Source: a bacterium
GTDB taxonomy: Bacteria > CLD3
DNA length: 62,545 nt
Direction of reading: 5' to 3'
NCBI GenBank assembly: GCA_020850775.1
Contig: JADZEA010000034.1
Location: 1-62,545 of the forward strand
In this document: in pieces, positions 17,873 to 28,315 of the stretch
Layout: every line of letters begins with the position of its first letter
Numbering within the stretch: position 1 is the stretch's first letter
Program-made: the position numbers and the translations under genes
The notes under the pieces: model-generated
The model's input: only the letters and a program-made list of their open reading frames with translations
Told to the model about the DNA's origin: nothing
Database searches by the model: none

Positions 17873-18646
17873 ATGATTTTTGCCAAAAAAACTCTCGGTC
17901 AAAACTTCTTGCAAGACAAAAATATTGCACAAAAAATTGTCAGTCTTTCAAATCCGCAAAAAACGGATTTTTTTATTGAAATCGGTCCGGGACAAGGTGC
18001 TTTGACACAATTTCTTTTAGAAAAAACGGATAAACTCCTGACAATTGAAATTGATTCAAGGCTTGTTCCTGAACTTCAAAACAAATTTCAAACTTTTCAA
18101 AATTTTGAACTGCAAAATATTGATTTTTTAGAGTTTGATTTTACCACCTTGCCTCAAAGAGTTAGAATTATCGGGAACTTGCCGTACAACATTACAAGCC
18201 AAATTATTTTTAAGTGTTTTGAAAACCGCTCAAAAGTTTCTGATTTAACAATTATGGTTCAAAGAGAAGTTGCAGACAGGCTTTCAGCAAGTTACGGTTC
18301 AAAAACTTATGGAATTTTGTCTGTGATTTTATCGGTTTACGGAAACGTTAAAAAGCTCTTTAACGTTCCGCCAGCGGTTTTTTTCCCAAAACCAAAAGTT
18401 GATTCCGCAGTTGTGAGCATTACTTTTGCGGAAAATTTTGAACTTGAGTTTCAGCAGCTTTTCCTGAAAGTTGTCAAAAGTGCTTTTGGGCAGCGTAGAA
18501 AAATGCTTTCAAATTCGCTTTCTGAGTTTACAAAAGGTTTTAGTTCAGAAATTTTGGGAAATTTTGCTAACTTACGACCGGAACAACTGAGACCTGAAGA
18601 TTTTGTAGAAATTGCAAAACGAATTTTAAAAAGCGGGAAAGTTTAG
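17873..18646 (+). CDS. rsmA: 16S rRNA (adenine1518/1519-N6)-dimethyltransferase
   Basis: KKTLGQNFL, EIGPGQGALT and GNLPYNITS motifs. Confidence 0.93.
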   Translation: MIFAKKTLGQNFLQDKNIAQKIVSLSNPQKTDFFIEIGPGQGALTQFLLEKTDKLLTIEIDSRLVPELQNKFQTFQNFELQNIDFLEFDFTTLPQRVRIIGNLPYNITSQIIFKCFENRSKVSDLTIMVQREVADRLSASYGSKTYGILSVILSVYGNVKKLFNVPPAVFFPKPKVDSAVVSITFAENFELEFQQLFLKVVKSAFGQRRKMLSNSLSEFTKGFSSEILGNFANLRPEQLRPEDFVEIAKRILKSGKV

Positions 18647-18649
18647 AAA

Positions 18650-19483
18650 ATGAACTTCTTAATTAATTTTTTTGTCGTAGTTTTTTTGTTTGCCTGTTCA
18701 AAAAAAGAACAACCAAAACTAACTGAAACTTCACAAAACCAACAAGAAACAGAAACACAGGACACACTAAAAATGAAAAATGGTTTTAGTGGAATTGTGC
18801 AGGATTCTTCTTTTAAGTACTACGAAAAGGCTTTAGCGCTTTTTGATGCGGAAAAATTTGAAGAAGCTGTTCCGTTTTTCCAAAAGGTTTTGGAAATTGA
18901 TGGAAACAAGTGGCAAGCAATTCACGAATTAGCGATTTGTTACACGAACCTGCACAAATTTGATTCTGCAACTAAGCTTTACAAAAAAACAATTGAACTG
19001 AACCCAAATTTTGGTGAGGCTTACCAAAATCTTGGGAATTTGCTTTTTGCTGAAAAACACTACAAAGAAGCGATTGAAATTCTTGAGCAAGGTTTCGCAA
19101 AAACACCAACAAAATTTTACACAAACTCATTTAATAATCTTGGGACTGCGTACTATTTTCTTGGGAATTTTCAAAAATCTAACGAACATTTTGAAAATTC
19201 AATCAGGCTAATTCCTGATTCTTCCATTCCTAATTATGGAATTGGTTTGAATTACTACAATCTGAAGAATTTTAGTGAAAGTGAAAAATATTTAAAAAAA
19301 GCGATAAAAATTGATGACAATGTTGACGCTCACCTTGTTCTCGGATTGCTTTATTTTGACACTCAAAAAGATAAAGAAGCAGAAGAAAATTTCAGGTTTT
19401 ATCTTTCAAAGTATCCAAACACTTCTTACAGTAAAATTGCAATTGAAAAACTTACAGAAATTAACAAACGAAAGAAAAAATAA
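18650..19483 (+). CDS. TPR-repeat lipoprotein
   Basis: Lipobox LFACS followed by repeated TPR-like A..Y..A/G patterns in a 277-aa protein. Confidence 0.75.
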   Translation: MNFLINFFVVVFLFACSKKEQPKLTETSQNQQETETQDTLKMKNGFSGIVQDSSFKYYEKALALFDAEKFEEAVPFFQKVLEIDGNKWQAIHELAICYTNLHKFDSATKLYKKTIELNPNFGEAYQNLGNLLFAEKHYKEAIEILEQGFAKTPTKFYTNSFNNLGTAYYFLGNFQKSNEHFENSIRLIPDSSIPNYGIGLNYYNLKNFSESEKYLKKAIKIDDNVDAHLVLGLLYFDTQKDKEAEENFRFYLSKYPNTSYSKIAIEKLTEINKRKKK

Positions 19484-19516
19484 ACCTTAAAAGTTTATCA
19501 GGCTCAAAGGTAAAAA

Positions 19517-20878
19517 ATGGAACAAGCAGATTTTTTAATCAAACAAATTGCAGAACTCATTGAAAAACAAGATTTGCATTCTGCAAATAAATTGCTGGAA
19601 GATTTGCATTCGGCTGACATCGCGTACATTTTGCAAAATTTGGATAGCGATGAGGATAAAACTTTTTTGTTTTCGCTCCTAAACTCTGAAATTTCTTCCG
19701 AAGTGATTTCAGAACTTGAAGGTTCAACTTTAGACGTAATTCTTAAAGGCACTTCTTCTGAAAAATTACAAAATATTGTGAACGAACTTGAATCCGACGA
19801 AGCAGCTGACCTTGTCGCAGAACTTGACGAGAACAAAGCAGAGGAGCTTCTTGAAGCAATTCCAATTGAAACTTCTTCTGAAATCAAGGAACTTTTGCGT
19901 TACAAAGAAGACACTGCCGGAAGTTTGATGGCTTTGGAGGTTTTCAAAGTTACTGAAGACAAAACAATTTCTGAAGCAATTGAAATTTTGCGTGCAGTTG
20001 CAGCAGACCACGAAATTGATAACTTCTACAATGTTTTTGTTGTTGACGAAAAAAACAGACTTGTTGGAACTTTGAGTTTACAAAAGCTTTTACTAACCAA
20101 ACCTTACGAAATAATCAAAAATGTGATGGAAGAGCCGGTTGCTTTTGTTGAAACTGATGTTGACCAGGAAGAAGTTGCAAACATTGTAAAAAAATACAAC
20201 CTTGCTTCAATTCCTGTTGTTGATTCAAAAATGCGGGTTGTCGGAAGGATTACTCACGATGACATTACAGACGTTTTGATTGAAGAAGCTTCGGAAGATA
20301 TTTCAAAACTTACAGGTTCGGATAACGAAGAAATGTTTGAGAAAAGTTCGTTTGTGATTTCAAGAATCCGGCTTCCCTGGTTGATTGTCGGGCTTTTGGG
20401 TGAAACTGTTTCTGCCTTTGTTCTAAGCCGTTTTATAAATTCTTTGCAAGAAGTGGTTGCACTGACTTTTTTTATTCCGGTAATTATGGCGACTGCGGGA
20501 AACTGTGGAATTCAGGCTTCTTCAATTGTAATTCGTGGAATTGCAACAGGAGAATTCGCCATTTCAAGCCTTACAAGGCAATTTTGGAAAGAACTTCGTG
20601 TCGGTTTGATTAATGGAATTGTTTGTGGAATTTTGATTTTACTAATCATCACTGTTTGGTTGGATTACCGTTTTGGTTTGATTGTTGGTTTGTCTTTAAT
20701 GCTAATTATGCTTATTGCCTCAATAATGGGTTCAATTGTCCCAATCACTTTGAAACGTCTAAACATCGATCCTGCTGTTGCTGCCGGACCTTTTATCACA
20801 ACTTCAAACGATATTTTTGGATTGTTTTTTTACCTGGCTTTGACAACATTTTTTATCAAATATTTTGGGATTAACTAA
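19517..20878 (+). CDS. mgtE: Magnesium transporter MgtE
   Basis: Acidic MgtE_N region, tandem CBS-like region and a C-terminal TM domain with the PFITTSNDIFG motif. Confidence 0.93.
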   Translation: MEQADFLIKQIAELIEKQDLHSANKLLEDLHSADIAYILQNLDSDEDKTFLFSLLNSEISSEVISELEGSTLDVILKGTSSEKLQNIVNELESDEAADLVAELDENKAEELLEAIPIETSSEIKELLRYKEDTAGSLMALEVFKVTEDKTISEAIEILRAVAADHEIDNFYNVFVVDEKNRLVGTLSLQKLLLTKPYEIIKNVMEEPVAFVETDVDQEEVANIVKKYNLASIPVVDSKMRVVGRITHDDITDVLIEEASEDISKLTGSDNEEMFEKSSFVISRIRLPWLIVGLLGETVSAFVLSRFINSLQEVVALTFFIPVIMATAGNCGIQASSIVIRGIATGEFAISSLTRQFWKELRVGLINGIVCGILILLIITVWLDYRFGLIVGLSLMLIMLIASIMGSIVPITLKRLNIDPAVAAGPFITTSNDIFGLFFYLALTTFFIKYFGIN

Positions 20879-21837
20879 TGGAAACCGATTATCTCAAAAA
20901 CAAGTTTGAGCAAAAAAATTATAACTACTACGGAAAATTTTTGAAAGAAAAGTTTAGCTCAAAAGTCTTTAAAATCATTGTTGACGCAGGATTTACTTGT
21001 CCAAACCGCGATGGAAGCAAAGGCTTTGGTGGTTGTAATTATTGTAACGTTGATTCTTTTACTCCAGGCGAAACACGAAAAGGCGGAACAATTACCGAGC
21101 AAGTCCTTCGTGGAATGGAACGAGCAAAAAAATCCTACGAAGCAGAAAAATTTATCGTTTACTTTCAGCCAAACACAAATACTTACGCAAAAACTGAAAC
21201 CCTGAAAAAATATTTTGACGAAGCACTTTCAGTCTCTTCAAACGAAATTGTCGGGCTTTCTGTCGGAACGCGCCCGGATTGCATAGATGAAGAAAAAATC
21301 TCGCTTTTACAAAGCTACACCAAAGATTTTAATGTTTGTCTTGAGTTTGGGCTGGAGTCAATCTACGACGAAACTTTGGTAAAAATTAATCGCGGTTATT
21401 CCCACGAAGAATTTGAAAAAGCAATGAAACTTTCGCAAAATAAAGGAATTGACCTTTGCGTTCACACAGTTTTTGGCTTTCCCTGGGAAACGGAAGAACA
21501 AATGCTTGCTGTTGCTGACGAGTTGAACAATTACAAAATTCAGTTTGTAAAACTTCATCACTTGCACGTTGTAAAAGGCTCAAAAATGGCTTACGATTAC
21601 AAAAAAAAACCTTTTAAATTATTTACTTTGGAAGAATACACAGATTTTTTATGTAAGTTTTTGCCAAAGTTAAATCCTGAAATTTTTATCCAAAGGCTTT
21701 TTGGAATTTCTGATTGGGACGAACTCATCGCCCCAAACTGGAAACTGAAAAAAACTTTAATCCAAAATTACATCGAAAACGCTTTTGTCTCGCGAAACGT
21801 TTTTCAGGGAATGAATTACACGCAAACTAAAAATTAA
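20878..21837 (+). CDS. TIGR01212-family radical SAM protein
   Basis: CPNRDGSKGFGGCNYCN cluster motif in a 319-aa protein. The start overlaps the mgtE stop by 1 nt. Confidence 0.88.
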   Translation: METDYLKNKFEQKNYNYYGKFLKEKFSSKVFKIIVDAGFTCPNRDGSKGFGGCNYCNVDSFTPGETRKGGTITEQVLRGMERAKKSYEAEKFIVYFQPNTNTYAKTETLKKYFDEALSVSSNEIVGLSVGTRPDCIDEEKISLLQSYTKDFNVCLEFGLESIYDETLVKINRGYSHEEFEKAMKLSQNKGIDLCVHTVFGFPWETEEQMLAVADELNNYKIQFVKLHHLHVVKGSKMAYDYKKKPFKLFTLEEYTDFLCKFLPKLNPEIFIQRLFGISDWDELIAPNWKLKKTLIQNYIENAFVSRNVFQGMNYTQTKN

Positions 21838-21850
21838 TTGGTGAGTTCTA

Positions 21851-24301
21851 ATGTTTTTTGCACGACTAAACAAAATTTTTCTTGGTATTTTTGTCGGTGT
21901 TTTAGCCCTTTACTGGATGCTTTACGGAATTTCTTACTACCTTTTTTCACAAGTTGAAACACAAAAAAAAGGCTTGATACTTACAAAAATTACTTCCGAT
22001 TCCATTAATGTTATTCGTGATGATTTTGGAGTTCCAAACATCTACGCAAAAAATGACTACGACGCTTTTTTCGCGCAAGGTTTTGTTACTGCCCAAGACA
22101 GGCTTTGGCAACTCGAAATTTACAGGCTTGCCGTGAACGGCGAACTTTCAACAGTTTTTGACAAAGAAACTGAAAAAGCCGACATTTTTCTGAAAACAAT
22201 CGGTTTCAAAAAACTTGGAACAGAACTTGAAAAAAATGTTTCTGACTCAACAAAAACAATAATTAAAGCCTACACAGACGGAATTAATGCTTTCATTGAT
22301 TTTCAAAAAGGAAGTTCGGGAAACGATTTTTTGTTTCCAATTGAGTTTACACTTGTGGATTTTCAGCCCAAAAAATGGGAAATTTCAGACGTTCTTGGGC
22401 TTGTGAGAATGCTTGGCTGGGAACTTTCAATTGCAACTCAAAAAGAAATTATTTACGGCGAACTTTTCAAAAAATTTGGCAAAAAAGCAGCTGAACTTTA
22501 TCCCAAAAAAATTGAAATTGCTGACGAGGAATTGCCAAGACCCAAAAATTCCTTACTTGGAAGCGATTTTTGGCAAGGAAAAGAAAATCTTGAAAAGTTT
22601 TTATCACTAAATTCTTTTGGAAGTAATGCCTGGGCTGTCTCAGGGAAAAAAACAAAAACAGGAAAACCAATGCTTGCAAACGACCCTCACCTCAAAAATG
22701 AAGTCCCTTCAAAATGGTATGAAATCGGGATTTTTGCTCCAAATTTCAGAGTGAAAGGTTTTTCAATTCCCGGTGTTCCCTGTGTTTTGATTGGACACAA
22801 CGACGTTTTCGGTTGGGGAATTACGAACCTGAAAACTGATGACGCAGACTTTACAATTCTTGAAATGCAAAACAAAAAAACATACTTTTTTGGTAGCCAA
22901 ACTTGTGAACTTGAAACGGAATTTTCGCAAGTGAACTTCAAAACAACTAAAGAACCAAAACTTTTTGAAATTCACAAAAGCAAGTTCGGAACTGTTGTTA
23001 CAGACGTTCTTGGAAAAGATAAAAATGAAGTTTTAGCTTTGCAGTGGATTGGTTTTGATACAAAAACAGACGAAATTTCAGGCTTTTACAAAATTTGCAA
23101 AGCTAATAATCTTAATGAGTTCAGAGAAGGTTTACAAAAAATTTCCGTTCCTTCACTAAACTTTACTTTTGCAGACACAAGCGGAAACATCGGTTTGCAA
23201 AGCGCCGGTAAAATTCCGGTACGAAACTACAAAGTTTTGCCTTTTCCCGTTGTTTCAAAAGACACAACAAGGATTTGGACAAATTTTATTCCTTTTGAAG
23301 ACTTACCTTTTGAGCTTAATCCGGAAACAAATTTTATTGCAAACTCAAACAATCCAGTCTTTGCAAAAAATGGCTTTTTCATCACTGATTTTTGGGAACC
23401 AACTTCACGTTTTGAAAGAGTTTCCGAGTTTCTAAGCTCTAAAAATTTGCTGACAAATTTTGATTTTGAGGTTTTACAAAATGATTTCTACTCAAAACAA
23501 GCTGAAAAAACAATCAAATTTTTGTTTAACGGGGAAGTTGTTTCGCTTGAAAATGACTACAAAAAATCCGTCAGTTTTCTGACAAACTGGGATTTTTACG
23601 AGGCTCCGGAAAGCATTGAAGCAAGTCTTTACAATGCTTTTTGGTTTAAACTTGTAGAAAATCTTTACAAAGACGAATTTTTTAGCGGAGCAAAAACAAA
23701 ACAAGACACAATGCTTTGGAAAGAGTTTGGAAAATTTGGCTCACTTGTAACTCTTGTAACAAACAGAGTTTTGGAAGAACAAAATTCAGTTTGGATTGAC
23801 GATGTGAACACACAGGAAACCGAAACATTGAGAAAAATTGTTTCAAAAAGTTTAAAAGAAAGTGTTGATTACTTAAAACAACGTTTTGGCGAACCCTTGG
23901 AGAGTTGGGAATGGGGAAAAATCCACACTGTTACACAAGAACACCTTTTAGGAAAAATTAATTTTCTTGAAACAACTTACAACATTGGACCTTTTGAAGC
24001 AGGAGGCTCAACTTGTACTGTAAACTTACACGAGTACTACTTTGACAAACCTTTTGAAACAGTTGTTGCACCTTCGCTAAGGCAGATTTTGGATTTTTCG
24101 GATTTTAATAAAACTAAAACAATTTTACCTTCAGGGCAGTCTTCACAAAGATTTTCCACAGAAGCTGGATTTTCAAATTCTGATTACGCGAACCAAAATG
24201 AATTTTTCCGGGGGAAACTTTACAAGCCTTCGCTTTGGGATTCAACAGAAATTTTTGATACTTTTTCAGATAAATTAATTTTGAAAAAGGATGAGAATTA
24301 G
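21851..24301 (+). CDS. Penicillin acylase family protein (Ntn hydrolase, S45)
   Basis: N-terminal TM/signal segment. The GSNAWAVSGKKTKTGKPMLANDPHL processing-site/nucleophile-Ser region is present. Length is 816 aa. Confidence 0.88.
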   Translation: MFFARLNKIFLGIFVGVLALYWMLYGISYYLFSQVETQKKGLILTKITSDSINVIRDDFGVPNIYAKNDYDAFFAQGFVTAQDRLWQLEIYRLAVNGELSTVFDKETEKADIFLKTIGFKKLGTELEKNVSDSTKTIIKAYTDGINAFIDFQKGSSGNDFLFPIEFTLVDFQPKKWEISDVLGLVRMLGWELSIATQKEIIYGELFKKFGKKAAELYPKKIEIADEELPRPKNSLLGSDFWQGKENLEKFLSLNSFGSNAWAVSGKKTKTGKPMLANDPHLKNEVPSKWYEIGIFAPNFRVKGFSIPGVPCVLIGHNDVFGWGITNLKTDDADFTILEMQNKKTYFFGSQTCELETEFSQVNFKTTKEPKLFEIHKSKFGTVVTDVLGKDKNEVLALQWIGFDTKTDEISGFYKICKANNLNEFREGLQKISVPSLNFTFADTSGNIGLQSAGKIPVRNYKVLPFPVVSKDTTRIWTNFIPFEDLPFELNPETNFIANSNNPVFAKNGFFITDFWEPTSRFERVSEFLSSKNLLTNFDFEVLQNDFYSKQAEKTIKFLFNGEVVSLENDYKKSVSFLTNWDFYEAPESIEASLYNAFWFKLVENLYKDEFFSGAKTKQDTMLWKEFGKFGSLVTLVTNRVLEEQNSVWIDDVNTQETETLRKIVSKSLKESVDYLKQRFGEPLESWEWGKIHTVTQEHLLGKINFLETTYNIGPFEAGGSTCTVNLHEYYFDKPFETVVAPSLRQILDFSDFNKTKTILPSGQSSQRFSTEAGFSNSDYANQNEFFRGKLYKPSLWDSTEIFDTFSDKLILKKDEN

Positions 24302-24345
24302 TTGAAAGGAAAAAGCCTTGATGGTTTTATTTTTCTAACAATTTT

Positions 24346-26610
24346 TTACTCGATTACTATCCAGCCCGGTACACTTTGAGACCAAATTTTAGCTGTTTTG
24401 TCTGTGCCGATTGAATAGATTTTTGAAGCATTTTTAGAAAATTTAACATTGTTTACAGCTCCTTGGTGAAAGCCAACCCAAAGTAATTCTCCGTCAATTG
24501 CGTCCCAAACTTTTATTGTTGAGTCTTCAGAGCAGGAAACGACAAAACTATTTTCTGAAATGTCAAGTCCTCTGATATTTTTGTGGTGTTTGCCTGACCA
24601 AAGCAAATTACCGTTTGCTGTGTCCCAAACTTTTACTTCCGCATCGTTTTGTAAGGCTGAAGTGCCGCTTGCAAGCAAAGTAGTTTCAGAATTTAATTTT
24701 ACACGAAGAATGTTTCTGTTCAAAGAGTCTGTCTGTGTCCAAAAAGATTCTGTTTCTTTTAAATCCCAAAAAGTAATTTTACCGAATTGACTTCCTGTAG
24801 CAATTTTTTCTTTATCAAATTTTACATCGGAAGAGATAATTATTTCATCTTCAGTTTTGGTATTGGATAAAGTTTTTGTTTCTAAATCCCAAACTTTTAA
24901 TTCTCTGTCAAAACCTTGGGTAATCAGAATTTTGCTGTCGGTAGTGTTCAAGTCGTTGTTGTCGGTAAAAAGATTAACAATGACTCCTTCGTGAGAAGAC
25001 GACCATTGCAAAGAATCTCCTTTAATGCTCCAAACTGAAAAAACATTGTCCTGACCTCCGGTAATTACCAAAGAATCAAGCCGTGAAAGAATAGATTTTG
25101 TAACCTTGTCCCCCATTTTTTTTTCAAAAAGCGAAGTGCCTGAAGCAATGCTCCAAACTTTAAAAGTTGAGTCAGAGCTTGAAGAGATAATTTTACCATT
25201 GTCAGTGCTGAAATTTACATCAATAACAGTTTTTGTGTGTCCGATAAAAGTTTGCGGGAAAGAAGTGGCTATCAAATTCCAAAGTGTTACCAAACCATCT
25301 TCGCTTGCAGTTGCCATTTTGGTTTCAATTGAATTAACAGCAAAAGCATTAACTTGTCCGTTGTGAGGCAAATTTCGTGAAAGTGAGTAATTAGTTGGTG
25401 TGTACTTTATCGTTTTTCTGAACGAGAAGTCCGAAATATTTTTTTCAGTAAAGGCAGCGACTCTAAATCCATAAGTTACTGTTTCGTTTAATTCTGTGTA
25501 AACAAGGGAATTTGTTTCAGAAGACAAGGTTTGGTAGTCAAAAAAATCTCCGTCTTTTTCTCTGCGTTGAACTTTGAAACCAGAAATTGCCCAAAGCGAA
25601 TCCACATTCCAGGTACTCCAGTTTAACGTGATTTGGTTTTGGTTGTCAATGTTAATTGCAAAGTTTTTTGGCGAAGGAAAATCAGGTTTAATTGTAATTG
25701 TGTCGGAAATTTCACCAAGTTCATTTTGCCCGCCAAAAGCACGGACAAGGTAGTGGTAAGTTGAGTCAAGAACAAAACTTGTGTCTGCAAACTGAGCAAT
25801 TTCTGAAGTTTGGAAAGCACTTGTTGAGCCAATCAGGTTAAAATTCAACGAGTCAATACTTCTAAAAACTTTGTAACCGGACTCGATTTGTGTGTTGTCT
25901 TGCCAAGCAATCAGAATTTTTGAATCCGTTTGTTGCGAAGCGACAAGGCTTGAAGGAGCTGAAAGATTGTTCACAAATCCTTTTTCAAGGCGTTTTGAAA
26001 GGATTTCCTGATTATTTTTTAGAAATTTTGTTTTAACACTCAAAGAGTAGTTAGTGCTTAAAAAAAGGTTTGTAGCCAAAAAAGTTGTGTCGTTTGGTGA
26101 AATGTTTCCAATCGTTTGGTAGTTTCCGCCGCCTTGTTCTCTAAGTTCAACAATGTAACCGTCTTCAAACTTACAAACATCGTCCCAAAAAAGCCTGACT
26201 TCCGAAGCAGAAACCTGAAAAAAACGTAGGTTTAAGGGCTGAAACGGAACAAAAGTTATATTTTCTTTGCTCTCAGCGGTTTTTCCGTTTGGAAGAATTG
26301 AGACAATTTTGTAAACGTAAGTTGTGTCAAAAATTACCAAAGAAGTATCTGTAAAAAACACGGATTCAGGTGAGGTTTGAGCGATTTTTACAAAGTTTGG
26401 TTGACCTTTAAATTTTCTCCAGACTTCAAAACCTGTATCATTTCCTTTGTCTTGCCAGGTGATTTCTATAAATCCATTGACATTAATTTCAGTTTGCAAG
26501 CTGTCAGGAGCATCTGGCGAACCATTGTAATCTTTATCAAAAATATTAGAATGCTCACGTGTACAAGCGTAAACGACCAAAATTAAAATTAAAAGAAATA
26601 TTTTTTTCAT
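24346..26610 (-). CDS. Lipoprotein with an FN3-like repeat array followed by a WD40 beta-propeller
   Basis: Lipobox VVYAC and several ~90-aa FN3-like repeats (W.D....E.GY.V.R). About 8 WD repeats follow, ending VTLWNL, FKVWSI, FSVWSI, LKVWDL, ITFWDL, VKVWDT, IKVWDA and AKIWSQ. Confidence 0.75.
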   Translation of the reverse strand: MKKIFLLILILVVYACTREHSNIFDKDYNGSPDAPDSLQTEINVNGFIEITWQDKGNDTGFEVWRKFKGQPNFVKIAQTSPESVFFTDTSLVIFDTTYVYKIVSILPNGKTAESKENITFVPFQPLNLRFFQVSASEVRLFWDDVCKFEDGYIVELREQGGGNYQTIGNISPNDTTFLATNLFLSTNYSLSVKTKFLKNNQEILSKRLEKGFVNNLSAPSSLVASQQTDSKILIAWQDNTQIESGYKVFRSIDSLNFNLIGSTSAFQTSEIAQFADTSFVLDSTYHYLVRAFGGQNELGEISDTITIKPDFPSPKNFAINIDNQNQITLNWSTWNVDSLWAISGFKVQRREKDGDFFDYQTLSSETNSLVYTELNETVTYGFRVAAFTEKNISDFSFRKTIKYTPTNYSLSRNLPHNGQVNAFAVNSIETKMATASEDGLVTLWNLIATSFPQTFIGHTKTVIDVNFSTDNGKIISSSSDSTFKVWSIASGTSLFEKKMGDKVTKSILSRLDSLVITGGQDNVFSVWSIKGDSLQWSSSHEGVIVNLFTDNNDLNTTDSKILITQGFDRELKVWDLETKTLSNTKTEDEIIISSDVKFDKEKIATGSQFGKITFWDLKETESFWTQTDSLNRNILRVKLNSETTLLASGTSALQNDAEVKVWDTANGNLLWSGKHHKNIRGLDISENSFVVSCSEDSTIKVWDAIDGELLWVGFHQGAVNNVKFSKNASKIYSIGTDKTAKIWSQSVPGWIVIE

Positions 26611-26620
26611 TTTTCCAAAA

Positions 26621-28315
26621 TCAGTTAAGGTTAATTGATAAAGCTAAACCTGTAAAATTTTCGTTTCCTTCTAAATTGAAAGAAATTTTATTTTGAACAG
26701 GTTTAGAAGCATTGTAACGATAAAAATTATAGCCTGAATAAATTCCACCCAAAACTCCAGCACTAAAAGTTACCACAGTTGCAATGTCAAAAGCTTGTGT
26801 TCTTGAGTAAAATTTATCAGCTTCTTTAGAGCTTTTTGCGTTTTTGTAATTGTTGTAGGAGTTTGAAGCAAGAAAAACACAAACTCCTGAAGCTGCCAAA
26901 AAACTTCCTGTTGCAATCAAACCTTTTTTAGCCTGATTTTTGAAAATCTTTGCAGTGTTCATTTTTCCTTCGATAAATTGTTGAGTTGGGATAAAGTTAA
27001 AATTGATTTCCTGTGTCTCGTCAGAGTTTACAACAACGGTTTTTTCTAAATTTTTGTAACCAAAAACCTCACCTTGAATTTTATAAGTTCCGACTTTTAA
27101 CTTTGCAGGAGGGTAAATTGCCTCTTCGCCAATAAAATACCTTGCATTTGAAACGTTACTTGTGATTTTCACAATTCCTTCGGATTCGGCAAAATCAAAT
27201 TTGATTTCCTTGTTTTCGCCAGAAGCAAGATTGAAATTCATCTTTTGCTGAACAATCCCGTCTTTAACAATTTTAAGCTCAATTTTTTGTGGAACAATCT
27301 CTTGTAAAGCATTGGACCTTGGGTCAATAAGTTCATCGTTAAGATAAATTTTTATTCCGTGGAGTTCGTTTTTTGAAAAATCTAACGAAGCGTATTCCTG
27401 AAGTTGAAAACTTAAAGTTTTACTTTCTTCCTTGATGTTTATTTCTTCTGTTTGTGAAATAAAACCATTTTTGCTAAGCTCAAGTTTATATTTTCCCGCT
27501 TTAGGTTCCTTAATTAAAATTGGTGTCAGACCATAGATTTTTCCGTTTAAAATTATTTCTGCTCCTTCAGGTTCGGATTCAATCCGTAAAATTCCTTTGC
27601 TTGGTTGAAGTTTAATGTTTAAATCAAGTTGTTTGTTCGGTAAAACGGTAACATTTTTTGTTCCGATAAATTTTTCTGAAATCAGGCTAATCAAATGGTC
27701 TCCCGCAACAAGGTCTAAAAGAAAGGCAGGAGTTTTTTTGTTTGTTTGAACTTCGTCAACAAAAATTTCTGCTCCGGAAGGCTCGGAAGTTACTAAAATG
27801 CTTCCTTTTAAAATTTGCAAATCTGTTGTTTCGGTGTTTTCTGGCGGAGTTAGGTTAGAAATTTTGTAAGCCAAATTTTTTAGCAATGAAGTTTTGACTG
27901 CTTCTAACTTACAACTCAAACAATCCTCAATTTCTCTTCCTGTTGTTGCTTTCTTTTTAAGGTCAAAAATTTCTGCTTCACACGAAAAATAATCATCTCC
28001 AATTTGTGTGATTTCGCATGAAATGATTTTTTGCACGTTCAATAAATTCCCAATTCTAACAAAACAATGACTGCTGAAACATTTTCTTAAATCTACATTT
28101 TTTTTGAAAATTTCATCAGTTTGGTTTTTTGAAACGACTTCGTAAACGCCAATTTTTTGGATTTCCTGCCTTAGTTTTTCAGTAAAATCGTAAGTTTCGT
28201 CAGTTTCAAAATCAATGAGTATAAAATCAAGCACCACAATTTTTTCTTTAATTGTTTGGTTGTTTTGGGCGAAAATCTGTGATGTTAACAGCAAAAGCAG
28301 TAGTAAAATTTTCAT
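26621..28315 (-). CDS. PEGA domain-containing protein
   Basis: Signal peptide, repeated PEGA motifs (SEPSGAEIFVDE, SEPEGAEIILNG) and C-terminal hydrophobic segments. Confidence 0.75.
   Translation of the reverse strand: MKILLLLLLLTSQIFAQNNQTIKEKIVVLDFILIDFETDETYDFTEKLRQEIQKIGVYEVVSKNQTDEIFKKNVDLRKCFSSHCFVRIGNLLNVQKIISCEITQIGDDYFSCEAEIFDLKKKATTGREIEDCLSCKLEAVKTSLLKNLAYKISNLTPPENTETTDLQILKGSILVTSEPSGAEIFVDEVQTNKKTPAFLLDLVAGDHLISLISEKFIGTKNVTVLPNKQLDLNIKLQPSKGILRIESEPEGAEIILNGKIYGLTPILIKEPKAGKYKLELSKNGFISQTEEINIKEESKTLSFQLQEYASLDFSKNELHGIKIYLNDELIDPRSNALQEIVPQKIELKIVKDGIVQQKMNFNLASGENKEIKFDFAESEGIVKITSNVSNARYFIGEEAIYPPAKLKVGTYKIQGEVFGYKNLEKTVVVNSDETQEINFNFIPTQQFIEGKMNTAKIFKNQAKKGLIATGSFLAASGVCVFLASNSYNNYKNAKSSKEADKFYSRTQAFDIATVVTFSAGVLGGIYSGYNFYRYNASKPVQNKISFNLEGNENFTGLALSINLN

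Noticed and set aside
19484-19516. Possible Mg2+ riboswitch (M-box) upstream of mgtE, and a cobalamin riboswitch upstream of the BtuF-like gene (around 29857)
   Set aside because: The mgtE upstream gap is only 33 nt, and the binding-protein gene overlaps its upstream neighbour. There is no room for either riboswitch.
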